A DNA stretch of 64,000 nucleotides from the NCBI GenBank assembly GCA_035362935.1, contig DAOSEC010000003.1, positions 26,859 through 90,858 of the forward strand, read 5' to 3'. This stretch comes from Bacilli bacterium (GTDB taxonomy: Bacteria; Bacillota_I; Bacilli_A; ML615J-28; CAG-313). Numbering within the stretch: position 1 is the stretch's first letter; every line of letters starts with the position of its first letter. Below the pieces are notes generated by a model that was given only the letters and a program-made list of their open reading frames with translations, did no database searches and had not been told where the DNA came from. Both the position numbers and the translations under genes were made by a program. Shown here one piece after another: positions 28,185-36,959 of this stretch.

Positions 28185-29651
28185 TTATCCCCAAATGAGC
28201 CCAACAAATTGTGGGTAATCAATATAAGGATTTCGATTCTTTTGATAAGAGAAAATAACTTCGTTGCGATTGCGTTCAAAATCGTCAACTGGATCAAAAT
28301 CATGCCAATCTAGCAAGGTTGAAAACCAAGCCATTTCTCGAACAGAAGGGTTCTTATCAACTAATGTATATTGAGGATAACGCGTTACCATATAAAATAG
28401 AATCCGTGCTATATCACCTTTGACGGCATCGCGTGGAGCATAACTCGCTGCTGTTGTTGTGTTGGCAAAATATTTGTTTCCACGACTTGAGTTTTCACTT
28501 GGATTGGCTGGTTTTAAATTGTGTAAATCCGAAGCTTCATTGACCGTACCGTTTGCTGCACTAACACCAAGGAGCGATTGTGGCCAGACATGCTCTCTAT
28601 TCCATGTAGTTCCACCATCCCATGCAGCTTTCACACTTGTTCCACGATACACCAAAATAACGTTACTTGCGTTATTGGGATCTCGATCGGTAATTTGTAA
28701 TATATCTCTTGCATCGCCGTAATTGACTCCCTTTACTCCTGTTGAAACAATGCTTCTGAGTTCTAGGAGAAGTGCATTTCCAACTAAGCCCTTAGCAGAA
28801 TTATAGTACGCTAACGTGATAAAATCATCATCTTGTGAAGGAGATACGGTTACTTGAAAACTTACTTCAAACTCATCATGACTTACAAATACGTTGTAAG
28901 GACCAGCTTGTGTAAGCAAAACACTTGTTACAGTATATTCGCTCGAGAGTAATGTCTCTTTTGATCCATCTGACCAAACGAGTCTAACTTGGAGACCACT
29001 TAGATTGATATTGTCATTGATTTGATAGTTTAACTTAGTAGGTGGAGTAATTTCGATACCAACTTTGGTTAATGGGACTTCAACCTCACTCACAGCTACT
29101 TTAAACGAATCAGTAAATGTTTTATAGGTTACAAGTATAGTTTTTGTTCCAGAAGTACTAGAATCATACCCACTAACTGTATATTCATGAGGTGCAAGAT
29201 CTCTTGTAGTATAATCTGATAGTATGGCTGATACCGTGATACCTGTCAAGTCTAACATTTCGTTTTGTGCATAGATTAACTTATTTGGTGCTCTTACGAT
29301 TAGACCAATTTCATAAGGAATAATCTCTTCCATTGGGTCTAACACAATGAGCCAAATTCCTGTGGTAAAATAGTTATAAGAGATTGTGACATATTGAACC
29401 CCAGGTTCACTTGAATCAAACCCTTCAAATGTCAATCGTGATTGAGTTATTAAAATTAAATTGTCATTGGATTGAACAACACTTACTTTGATGGTTGACG
29501 GATCAAAGGGCTCTTCGTATTCGTACATAATCTTAGCAACCTCAGTTACTTCAATACCAATGTCACGAACCTCTCGACCACCAAGACCTTCACAAGCGGA
29601 TAATGTGAATCCAAATAATAAGATAATAAGAAAAGTAAAAAGTTTCTTCAT
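28185..29651 (-). CDS. Surface lipoprotein nuclease: three bacterial Ig-like repeats + Endonuclease-I family domain
   Basis: I place the start at ATG 29651 (MKKLFTF...). Lipobox LSAC. Three ~75-aa Ig-like repeats, then REHVWPQS and DLHNLKPANPSENSSRGNKYF, motifs typical of Endonuclease I / Bsn-type nucleases. Confidence 0.75.
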   Translation of the reverse strand: MKKLFTFLIILLFGFTLSACEGLGGREVRDIGIEVTEVAKIMYEYEEPFDPSTIKVSVVQSNDNLILITQSRLTFEGFDSSEPGVQYVTISYNYFTTGIWLIVLDPMEEIIPYEIGLIVRAPNKLIYAQNEMLDLTGITVSAILSDYTTRDLAPHEYTVSGYDSSTSGTKTILVTYKTFTDSFKVAVSEVEVPLTKVGIEITPPTKLNYQINDNINLSGLQVRLVWSDGSKETLLSSEYTVTSVLLTQAGPYNVFVSHDEFEVSFQVTVSPSQDDDFITLAYYNSAKGLVGNALLLELRSIVSTGVKGVNYGDARDILQITDRDPNNASNVILVYRGTSVKAAWDGGTTWNREHVWPQSLLGVSAANGTVNEASDLHNLKPANPSENSSRGNKYFANTTTAASYAPRDAVKGDIARILFYMVTRYPQYTLVDKNPSVREMAWFSTLLDWHDFDPVDDFERNRNEVIFSYQKNRNPYIDYPQFVGLIWG

Positions 29652-29876
29652 ACAAATCATGTCCTTTGTTTCTATTTTGCTTATAAAGTATATCACAACT
29701 ATGGGGTGTAATCAAGTCATAAAATATGTAATATTAGATTGGTTCAACCCTACATGTCCTCAAGATAAGATTTGTTCTCATATTTATAATAAAAAGTATA
29801 AAAATGGGTTTACTAATTAATTAAAGTTTGATAAACTGAGAATAATGAACATTAATTCAGGAAAGGAACTATTACT

Positions 29877-30671
29877 ATGAAAGAATCAAAATTTACTGGA
29901 GGAATGCTAGGATATCTTGGCGTTCGTATTGTCGCATTTTTAATTACGAGTTTTACATTAGGGATAGGGTATCCATGGGCAGTAACGTACAAACAGAAGT
30001 GGCTAACCAAACATCAAACAATCGATGGAGAACAATTGGTGTTTACGGGAACAGGTGGTCAGTTATTTGGAAACTATATTAAATGGTTTTTGTTATCAAT
30101 CATTACCTTAGGGATATATGCTTTGTGGTTACCTATTAAAATTCAACAATGGGTAACAAAAAATACACATCAATTGTCTACTTTGACGAATGTTGAAATT
30201 ACCGAATCGAAACGTTCTCAACAAGAATCATCAAATACTAGTCAAAAATCTCTATCATTCAAAAACAAAAAGTTACAAAAACTTTTAATTTTTGTAACAA
30301 GCATTGTTGTATTTTCATTAGCTTATTATCTAATTGATATCGTTATTATTGCATCAAAATATAATATTGAGTTTAGGGTTTTATTCATAAGATCTAATGG
30401 ATTACTTCGCGTCATCATGTTTGTAATAACTATGATAGGATTGCTTATTCAATTATTTGGAAAGAATCGACCTGTGATTATGGTTTTCGTATCAATTTGT
30501 ATACTGGTTGATATCATTTTGATCCAACGAGGGTTTTCAAATATGGCACCGTTTGTTATATCTCCAATGTGGATAAATATAATTGCATTCTTATTCATAA
30601 AAATTATAGCTTTCGCACTTGTTATACCAGCAACAATTATATCATTCAAGCAAAAAGGTTTAAAAGACTAA
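29877..30671 (+). CDS. DUF898 (YjgN)-like membrane protein with extra C-terminal TM module
   Basis: GYPWAVTYKQKWLTKHQTIDGEQLVFTGTGGQLFGNY...TLGIYALWLP resembles the DUF898 core. The C-terminal half is paralogous to the next gene. Confidence 0.5.
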   Translation: MKESKFTGGMLGYLGVRIVAFLITSFTLGIGYPWAVTYKQKWLTKHQTIDGEQLVFTGTGGQLFGNYIKWFLLSIITLGIYALWLPIKIQQWVTKNTHQLSTLTNVEITESKRSQQESSNTSQKSLSFKNKKLQKLLIFVTSIVVFSLAYYLIDIVIIASKYNIEFRVLFIRSNGLLRVIMFVITMIGLLIQLFGKNRPVIMVFVSICILVDIILIQRGFSNMAPFVISPMWINIIAFLFIKIIAFALVIPATIISFKQKGLKD

Positions 30672-30761
30672 TATATTTTCACAAAAATGGTGTATTTAAG
30701 AATCTTGTAGAATATGCATTGATTTCAATATAGAGATAAGTCAAAGAAAGGATGAATTTAC

Positions 30762-31220
30762 ATGAAAAAACCAAGTATTTTGTCAATTAAATATGTAAAA
30801 CGCTCAACCTTAAGAATAAAAAAAGAGAAATCCTTGCAACTTACTTTAATCATATTATTTGCGTTGATTACATTGACATTCGTCCATAGATATTATAGTG
30901 CATTTTATATATTGAGTCCATTTCCTAATCCAATAATAAGAGCAATTTCGATGCTTGGTAGCCAAAGAATTATATTCTTTGTTATCATTTTCATCATGCT
31001 ACTCATTCATATATTTGGAAACAATAACCCAAAATTAATGATTGCAACTCTCATATTGATTATAATTGATTTTGTTTTTATGTTTATAAACGTACCATTT
31101 CAACCACCACTTGAGATAGGTGGTATCTTAATTTATAGCGATATCTTGTTCATATTAAAAATCATCGCAATTTGGTTGGCTTACGTCGCAACCAAAATAT
31201 CAATCAAAACATACTTTTAA
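30762..31220 (+). CDS. Small polytopic membrane protein, paralogue of the C-terminal half of 29877-30671
   Basis: Compare RIIFFVIIFIMLLIHIFGNNNPKLMIATLILIIIDFVF with RVIMFVITMIGLLIQLFGKNRPVIMVFVSICILVDIIL. Confidence 0.5.
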   Translation: MKKPSILSIKYVKRSTLRIKKEKSLQLTLIILFALITLTFVHRYYSAFYILSPFPNPIIRAISMLGSQRIIFFVIIFIMLLIHIFGNNNPKLMIATLILIIIDFVFMFINVPFQPPLEIGGILIYSDILFILKIIAIWLAYVATKISIKTYF

Positions 31221-31309
31221 TATTTAAGTGTTAGAGTATTTATAAAAGCAATTTGTAAAAGCAATTCCTTTTTTAATTGACTTTTCATACAATTTATGGT
31301 ATTATATCT

Positions 31310-31405
31310 ACGTTGCAAAATATCCTACTATGCAACCGCACTTCAAAGGTTAAACAAGAGGCTATAAGCCCACCTTCATGGCGAGTCTTAGGAAATAAAT
31401 GAGGA
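31310..31405 (+). promoter_or_regulatory. Probable ribosomal-protein L21 leader
   Basis: About 100-nt 5' UTR between a TTGACT / TGgTATTAT promoter (31278-31306) and rplU. L21 leaders are known upstream of rplU-prp-rpmA in Bacillota. I could not verify the fold. Confidence 0.4.
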
Positions 31406-31415
31406 GGTGTAATGG

Positions 31416-31715
31416 ATGTTCGCAATTATTGAAACTGGTGGTAAACAATACCGCGTTAGCGAAGGAGACGCTATCTATATTGAAAAATTAGAAGCGGAAG
31501 CCGGAAATGAAGTTGTTTTTGACCGCGTTTTATTATTAGGTGACAAAGTGGGTGCTCCGTATGTCAAAGGTGCTACGGTAACAGCTACAGTGGAAAAACA
31601 AGGAAAACAAAAGAAAATTATTGTTTTCAAATACAAACCTAAGAAAAAATATCGTAAAAAACAAGGTCATCGTCAACCGTATACGAAAGTTATCATTTCT
31701 AAAATCGAAGGATAA
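31416..31715 (+). CDS. rplU: 50S ribosomal protein L21
   Basis: [14 protein letters not shown]..., RBS GAGGAGG. Confidence 0.97.
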   Translation: MFAIIETGGKQYRVSEGDAIYIEKLEAEAGNEVVFDRVLLLGDKVGAPYVKGATVTATVEKQGKQKKIIVFKYKPKKKYRKKQGHRQPYTKVIISKIEG

Positions 31716-31722
31716 TTTTCAC

Positions 31723-32046
31723 ATGATTTTAGTGAAGTTCACGACTAATAGTGAAAAATTATTTGTAAAACTTCATGTATCTGGGCATTCCGGATATGAA
31801 GACATTGGAAAAGACATCGTATGTAGTGGTGTAACGACTGCTGTTTATACAACAATTGGTCTCATTGAAAAACTCTCAAGTGGATTTCATGTCGATACCA
31901 ACGAAGAACAAGCTGTCATTCGTGTAACAATTCAAAAACCAAACGAATTGACAAACACAATCATGCAAAACTTATATGAAATTTTAACTTCCATCGCGTT
32001 TGATTATCCAAAACATGTCAAAATTTCTAATATTAATAATAAATAG
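31723..32046 (+). CDS. prp: Ribosomal-processing cysteine protease Prp (YsxB)
   Basis: In-frame ATG at 31723 (MILVKF...). [18 protein letters not shown] carries the His/Cys dyad. The upstream part of the track ORF overlaps rplU and is not coding. Confidence 0.85.
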   Translation: MILVKFTTNSEKLFVKLHVSGHSGYEDIGKDIVCSGVTTAVYTTIGLIEKLSSGFHVDTNEEQAVIRVTIQKPNELTNTIMQNLYEILTSIAFDYPKHVKISNINNK

Positions 32047-32060
32047 TGAGGAGGACTATC

Positions 32061-32351
32061 ATGCTTAAATTTAATTTGCAGTTTTTCGCTTCGAAAAAGG
32101 GTACTGGTTCGACACGCAATGGTCGTGATTCGCAAGCCAAACGCCTAGGAGCAAAGTTAAGTGATGGACAATTCGCTACCGCAGGTTCAATTATTTATCG
32201 TCAAAGAGGAACACAAATCCTACCAGGTAATAATGTAGGAGTTGGAAAAGATCATACATTGTTTACATTGATTGATGGTTATATTAAATATGAACGCAAA
32301 GGGCGCGACAAAACGCAAGCATCTGCGTATCCAACACGTAATAACGAATAA
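32061..32351 (+). CDS. rpmA: 50S ribosomal protein L27 with Prp-cleavable N-terminal extension
   Basis: ATG 32061 after [31 protein letters not shown] matches the Firmicute pro-L27 sequence. Confidence 0.95.
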   Translation: MLKFNLQFFASKKGTGSTRNGRDSQAKRLGAKLSDGQFATAGSIIYRQRGTQILPGNNVGVGKDHTLFTLIDGYIKYERKGRDKTQASAYPTRNNE

Positions 32352-32357
32352 AGTAAC

Positions 32358-32387
32358 AAAACACTTCTTTATGAAGTGTTTTTATTT
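32358..32387 (+). terminator. Rho-independent terminator
   Basis: aaacacttc-tttat-gaagtgttt followed by a T-run. Confidence 0.8.
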
Positions 32388-32391
32388 TGAT

Positions 32392-32475
32392 ATGAAAGAT
32401 CATTTCTTCGAAATGAAAAATCATTTCTTCGAAATGATATAATCATTTAGTTAAATGATATAATCATTTTTATTT
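32392..32475. repeat. Four tandem ~21-bp units carrying ATGA...TCAT-type inverted repeats
   Basis: atgaaagatcatttcttcgaa / atgaaaaatcatttcttcgaa / atgatataatcatttagttaa / atgatataatcatttttatttt. Perfect 7-3-7 inverted repeats AAATGAT-ATA-ATCATTT at 32432-32448 and 32453-32469. Confidence 0.9.
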
Positions 32476-32537
32476 TAAAATGATGACGTCCGTGATATAA
32501 TATATAATAATAAACAAATTTAGAAAATAGGTGTCTT

Positions 32538-33818
32538 ATGTTTGTAGATAGTGTCAATATAAAGGTTTCTGCCGGTAAGGGTGGAGATGGTATGGTTGCA
32601 TACCGTAGAGAAAAATACGTACCCCTTGGAGGACCAGCTGGTGGAACAGGTGGACGCGGAGGAAGCGTCATTTTTGTAGGAGAAAGTGGATTAACCACTC
32701 TTCTTGATTTTCGTTTTCAAAAACACATCAAAGCAAAAAGTGGTCAAAATGGAATGTCGAAAAACTGTTTTGGAAAACATGCTGAGGATTTATACATCAA
32801 AGTTCCGATTGGGACTATCGTTATTAATACAGATACCGGTGGAGTGATTGGAGATATTACTGTACATGGACAAGAAGTTGTTGTTGCGAGGGGTGGCCGA
32901 GGTGGAAAAGGAAACTTTGAACTTGCGACTCACAAAATAACATGTCCTGATTGGGCAGAAAAAGGAGAACCCGGTCAAGAACGTAATCTTCAATTAGAAC
33001 TAAAAGTGTTAGCTGACGTTGGTTTGGTTGGCTTTCCCAGTGTAGGAAAATCAACGTTAATCTCCGTTGTTTCTGCTGCTCGACCAAAAATTGCGGATTA
33101 CCATTTTACAACGTTACAACCAAATTTAGGTGTTGTAGGGGTAAAAGATGGAAGAGGTTTTGTTATGGCAGATTTACCAGGTCTAATTGAGGGGGCACAC
33201 CTAGGAGCAGGACTTGGAATTCAGTTTTTAAAACATATTGAACGAACACGTGTCATTGTTCATGTCGTGGATATGAGTGGATCAGAAAACAGAAATCCAC
33301 TCGAAGACTTTAATAAGATTAACAAAGAGCTTGAAAGCTATAATTTAAACTTAATGAAGCGACCTCAAATTGTAGCAGCGAATAAAATGGATTTACCACA
33401 TTCTCAAGAAAACTTAGAAGAATTTCGAAAGGCAGTTGGAAATAAATACGAAATTGTGCCGATTTCTGCGATTTCACAAGACAATTTAGAACAGTTGCTT
33501 TATAAAATTGCTGATACATTAGATGAAATCGAACCGAATGCATTTGAAGATATTCGCGTAGAAGAAGTGGTAGAATACACATTTCAAACACCTGTTGAAC
33601 CATTTTCTATTGAAAAAGGGGACGATGGAGTGTATAATGTAGTTGGGCCGAAGATCAAAGAGTTATTTGATCGAACCAACTTTGACAACGAAACATCCTT
33701 AAAACGTTTCGCAATTAAATTGCGTAATTTAGGTGTAGATGAACAACTTCGTAAATTAGGTGTCCAAGCTGGGGATACTGTCCGAGTACTTGACTTTGAA
33801 TTTGAATTCAAAGATTAA
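32538..33818 (+). CDS. obg: GTPase Obg/CgtA
   Basis: Glycine-rich Obg fold (GKGGDGMVAYRREKY). G motifs GFPSVGKST, DLPGLIEGA and NKMD. C-terminal TGS-like/OCT domain. Confidence 0.96.
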   Translation: MFVDSVNIKVSAGKGGDGMVAYRREKYVPLGGPAGGTGGRGGSVIFVGESGLTTLLDFRFQKHIKAKSGQNGMSKNCFGKHAEDLYIKVPIGTIVINTDTGGVIGDITVHGQEVVVARGGRGGKGNFELATHKITCPDWAEKGEPGQERNLQLELKVLADVGLVGFPSVGKSTLISVVSAARPKIADYHFTTLQPNLGVVGVKDGRGFVMADLPGLIEGAHLGAGLGIQFLKHIERTRVIVHVVDMSGSENRNPLEDFNKINKELESYNLNLMKRPQIVAANKMDLPHSQENLEEFRKAVGNKYEIVPISAISQDNLEQLLYKIADTLDEIEPNAFEDIRVEEVVEYTFQTPVEPFSIEKGDDGVYNVVGPKIKELFDRTNFDNETSLKRFAIKLRNLGVDEQLRKLGVQAGDTVRVLDFEFEFKD

Positions 33819-33899
33819 TTTTGGTAACCGAGTCTATCTAAATCACTAGAAGGCTACGTTATAGATCTTTTATAATTTCATAGAAAGGGAGATTTTATC

Positions 33900-34463
33900 A
33901 TGAAAAAGAAAGATACTCTTAAAATTGCCTTAACCGGCATCTTGATTGCTTTGATTGTTATCATGACATTTGTACCATTCCTTGGTTACATTTCGATTGG
34001 TCAAAGCATCAGCATTACTATTATCCACATTCCAGTCATTATCGGAATCATCTTAATTGATGATTGGCGATATGCGATTACCTTAGGACTTGCCTTTGGG
34101 GTTTCCAGTATGACAAGAGCAATTGTTGCTCCAGTAAGTGTATTTGACCCAATTTTCGCAAATCCTGCCATCTCTGTCTTACCACGATTTTTCATCGGTG
34201 TTGTAGGATATCTTGTATTACAAATTATGAAGAGATTTCAATCTCGAACGCTTAGAACAGGGGTCGTAGCAGCGGCATCTACCTTAACCAATACGATTTT
34301 GGTTATTAGTGCATTACTAATCTTCCAATTCAACGCAATTGGTGGTTGGGCAATCATTGGTCCGTTACTATTACTCAATGCTAGCATTGAAATTGTATTA
34401 GCGATTATCGTCTCGATTATCGTTGATAAAGCATTACATCAGTACATCAGTCAAACAGAATAA
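33900..34463 (+). CDS. ECF transporter S component (substrate unknown)
   Basis: 187 aa with six TM segments, RibU/ECF-S-like sequence. The leader is too short for a riboswitch. Confidence 0.65.
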   Translation: MKKKDTLKIALTGILIALIVIMTFVPFLGYISIGQSISITIIHIPVIIGIILIDDWRYAITLGLAFGVSSMTRAIVAPVSVFDPIFANPAISVLPRFFIGVVGYLVLQIMKRFQSRTLRTGVVAAASTLTNTILVISALLIFQFNAIGGWAIIGPLLLLNASIEIVLAIIVSIIVDKALHQYISQTE

Positions 34464-34496
34464 ATACATGAACCTTTACCAAAGAGGAGGGAACTT

Positions 34497-35807
34497 ATGA
34501 TTCGTTTTGAGAATGTAAACTTAGATTACACCGGGTTTCAAATGATTGTACCTGGTCTAAAAAATGCCACATTTACGTTTGGTAGCCGTGGACTCGTAAA
34601 CATTTACGAAGAAGGTTACTTAAAACGAAACGCGATTACAGACTTGATTGCTGCGATCAGACGTCCTGACTCTGGTGAAATTTATGTTCAAGGTTTAAAA
34701 ATTTCAGAATTTGATGAAACAAAAGCTGCCGACTACCGAAGCAGATACGTCACCGCATTGTTTCGAAACTTTCAGTTTTTAGAAGATAAGACTGCAGCAG
34801 AAAATATTGCATTCTATTACGAAATTAGGGGGTTTCCTCGTCAAAAGGCGATGGAAGAAACAACGAAACTTGTTCAAGAACTAGATTTTTTAGAACATGC
34901 AACCAAACTCCCTAAGGAATTCAACGAATATGACAAACCTTTGTTGTTCATTGCGATTGCATTTGCGATCAACCGTCCGATTACAGTAATGGATGGAATT
35001 GATTTTAAATTTAATCAAAAAACACTACAAGCATTATCTCGTTTTGCGAAAGAGCACTTACTTATCATTAAATCCTTAAAGGATTCTGGTGTAAGAGAAG
35101 TATGTGATCGTCACATTGTGATGATTGATGGTGTTATTAAAAGTGACACTGGAGGAACTACTTATGATGAAGACAATCAAATTGCCATCATTGGTAAAAA
35201 GTTACGTGTATCTTCAAAAACATACAACAAGGGAACAAATCCAATTGTAAAACAACTACCAATGTTCTTTGTTCCTATGTTTTTATTCGCTTTCTTCTCA
35301 GCTTTTTTAACAAGATGGATATCTGCGTTGTTTTACGTCAGAGGAGTTTTAGAACCGAGCGCAGAGTTTAGTGAGTTCTTAAGTCAAGAACGCATTTCAA
35401 ATATTGTGTTCGCTGTTATTATTGGTTTATTTTTTATCTACAATATCTTTAGTTTAACTATCAAACAGCTACGTCTTGATGCATCCATGATTGCGAAAAT
35501 GAGATTAGCAGGGGTTACTCCAAATAACATCATTCGTATTTATTTGACACGTTTCATCATCCCAACCTTAATATTTGTGGTGTTTGGATATGGATGGACT
35601 GTACTCTTACCAATCTTTAATGTAACATGGATTGTAAATGATTTAGGACTCACAACCGATGGATCGTTTTTATCGATTTACATCAGTGCCTTAGTCGCAA
35701 CCTTCTTTTCATTCATCCTCGTCGTAGTATATCAAACCTATCTTTTGAAGAGTTACTTGAGTGAACGGTTGTCAAAATTCATGGTCAATTTAAACAAAAA
35801 AAGTTAG
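34497..35807 (+). CDS. Fusion of a degenerate ABC-ATPase-like domain with an FtsX-type permease domain
   Basis: The N-terminal half aligns to ABC NBDs (Q-loop-like YVTALFRNFQFLEDKTAAENI). The Walker A position reads EEGYLKRNA, the signature position FNEYD, and Walker B ITVMDGID. The C-terminal half has an FtsX-like motif (IAKMRLAGVTPNNIIRIYL) and TM helices. Confidence 0.6.
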   Translation: MIRFENVNLDYTGFQMIVPGLKNATFTFGSRGLVNIYEEGYLKRNAITDLIAAIRRPDSGEIYVQGLKISEFDETKAADYRSRYVTALFRNFQFLEDKTAAENIAFYYEIRGFPRQKAMEETTKLVQELDFLEHATKLPKEFNEYDKPLLFIAIAFAINRPITVMDGIDFKFNQKTLQALSRFAKEHLLIIKSLKDSGVREVCDRHIVMIDGVIKSDTGGTTYDEDNQIAIIGKKLRVSSKTYNKGTNPIVKQLPMFFVPMFLFAFFSAFLTRWISALFYVRGVLEPSAEFSEFLSQERISNIVFAVIIGLFFIYNIFSLTIKQLRLDASMIAKMRLAGVTPNNIIRIYLTRFIIPTLIFVVFGYGWTVLLPIFNVTWIVNDLGLTTDGSFLSIYISALVATFFSFILVVVYQTYLLKSYLSERLSKFMVNLNKKS

Positions 35808-35813
35808 AACATG

Positions 35814-35842
35814 AAAAGAGATTCGAAAGAATCTCTTTTTTT
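35814..35842 (+). terminator. Rho-independent terminator
   Basis: aaaagagattc-gaaa-gaatctctttt followed by a T-run. Confidence 0.85.
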
Positions 35843-35958
35843 GTTACTTTTGATTGTTCATTTGGTTTTCTGGTATCATTATGATCAAAGATATGATACA
35901 ATAAAAGTGAACAAAATTGATTTTAATGTACGATTATTGTGAATAGATTGGAGAACTT

Positions 35959-36786
35959 ATGGAAGATATTGTTATTCGCTCTATTACCCAAAACGATTTT
36001 TTGGGAATTCAGCACATTCACCGTAACTCTAAAGATCCTTGGAACAACCTTGAAGAATGCACTTCTTGGTTAAGCAAACGAATGGAACGTGGATTCTATA
36101 TTCAAGTTGCACTTGTCAATAATAACATTGTTGGACACGGAGAATGGATTGAGTCTAGGGAAGGTCGGGATTTATTTTTCTATTTAGGCTTACTTGAAAT
36201 TGATGAAGATTATCGAAATCGTGGAATCGGAAGACGTATGATTGAAGAAGGAATAAAGTATGCAAAAGAATTGGGATGCAATCGAGTTGTCACAATCCCT
36301 GAACACGAAAACAATTCCATTGAGTTCTATAAAAAGTGTGGGTTTGTGGTTGGTAGAACCATTAAAAAAGTTGTGATTCCTAGCTTTGATTACGAATACT
36401 CTCAAAATTATATCGAAGCCAATGGTATCTCTTTTGATAGAGTAAAGGAAAGTAAATTTGTGTTTGGACTTTCGCAAGCATCGTCAAGACATATGTGTGA
36501 ATTATTGAATGCAAAACCAACAACCGATGATAGGGTTACAAAAAGTCTAGTTTCCAACGATGGAGATTCGATTCAACTTGGATGGTTTGAAAAAGCCAAT
36601 GCACTTGCACTGTATTGGAGTGATTTTATTCATTCGAATTGCGTGAAAGATATTTTAACGTTTGGTTATCGTCTAGGAATCAAACAAGTGACCTTTGTTT
36701 ATTTTGAAGCATACGATTCATTGTTTCATGGGTTCGAGTGTCAATCGATTTCGGAATCAATTGAGATTTACAGGAATATATCATAA
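35959..36786 (+). CDS. GNAT-family N-acetyltransferase with uncharacterised C-terminal domain
   Basis: Acetyl-CoA-binding motif RNRGIGRRMIEEG...FYKKCGF in the first ~140 aa. The remaining ~130 aa are unassigned. Confidence 0.7.
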   Translation: MEDIVIRSITQNDFLGIQHIHRNSKDPWNNLEECTSWLSKRMERGFYIQVALVNNNIVGHGEWIESREGRDLFFYLGLLEIDEDYRNRGIGRRMIEEGIKYAKELGCNRVVTIPEHENNSIEFYKKCGFVVGRTIKKVVIPSFDYEYSQNYIEANGISFDRVKESKFVFGLSQASSRHMCELLNAKPTTDDRVTKSLVSNDGDSIQLGWFEKANALALYWSDFIHSNCVKDILTFGYRLGIKQVTFVYFEAYDSLFHGFECQSISESIEIYRNIS

Positions 36787-36959
36787 GCTCTATAGACCTA
36801 ACTGCTTAAACTCTAATGAATTCATTGGAGTTTTTCTTTTATATATGGAACTAGAGGTCCTTTATTTCGAAAACATAAGAGTAATGTATCAACAATTTGA
36901 TACACAATGTATTTTAAAACATATGGTTTTATGCTATAATAACCAATAGGTGATGAACA

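Noticed and set aside
29488-29820. 110-aa ORF on the plus strand overlapping the nuclease start region
   Set aside because: It is antisense to the nuclease signal peptide and promoter region, with no RBS and a low-complexity product.
31621-31722. Upstream extension of the prp ORF overlapping rplU
   Set aside because: It overlaps the 3' end of L21 in another frame. The Prp homology begins at the ATG at 31723.
32392-32475. CRISPR-like array (also considered for 26391-26441)
   Set aside because: The units are directly abutting with no spacers, there are only 2-4 copies, and no cas genes are present. These are tandem repeats or operators.
33819-33899. Possible preQ1 or other riboswitch upstream of the ECF S-component gene
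   Set aside because: A TATAAT at 33871-33876 leaves only a ~20-nt leader. The tctat...ataga stem has a 23-nt loop and no A-rich tail, so it does not fit preQ1-I/II.
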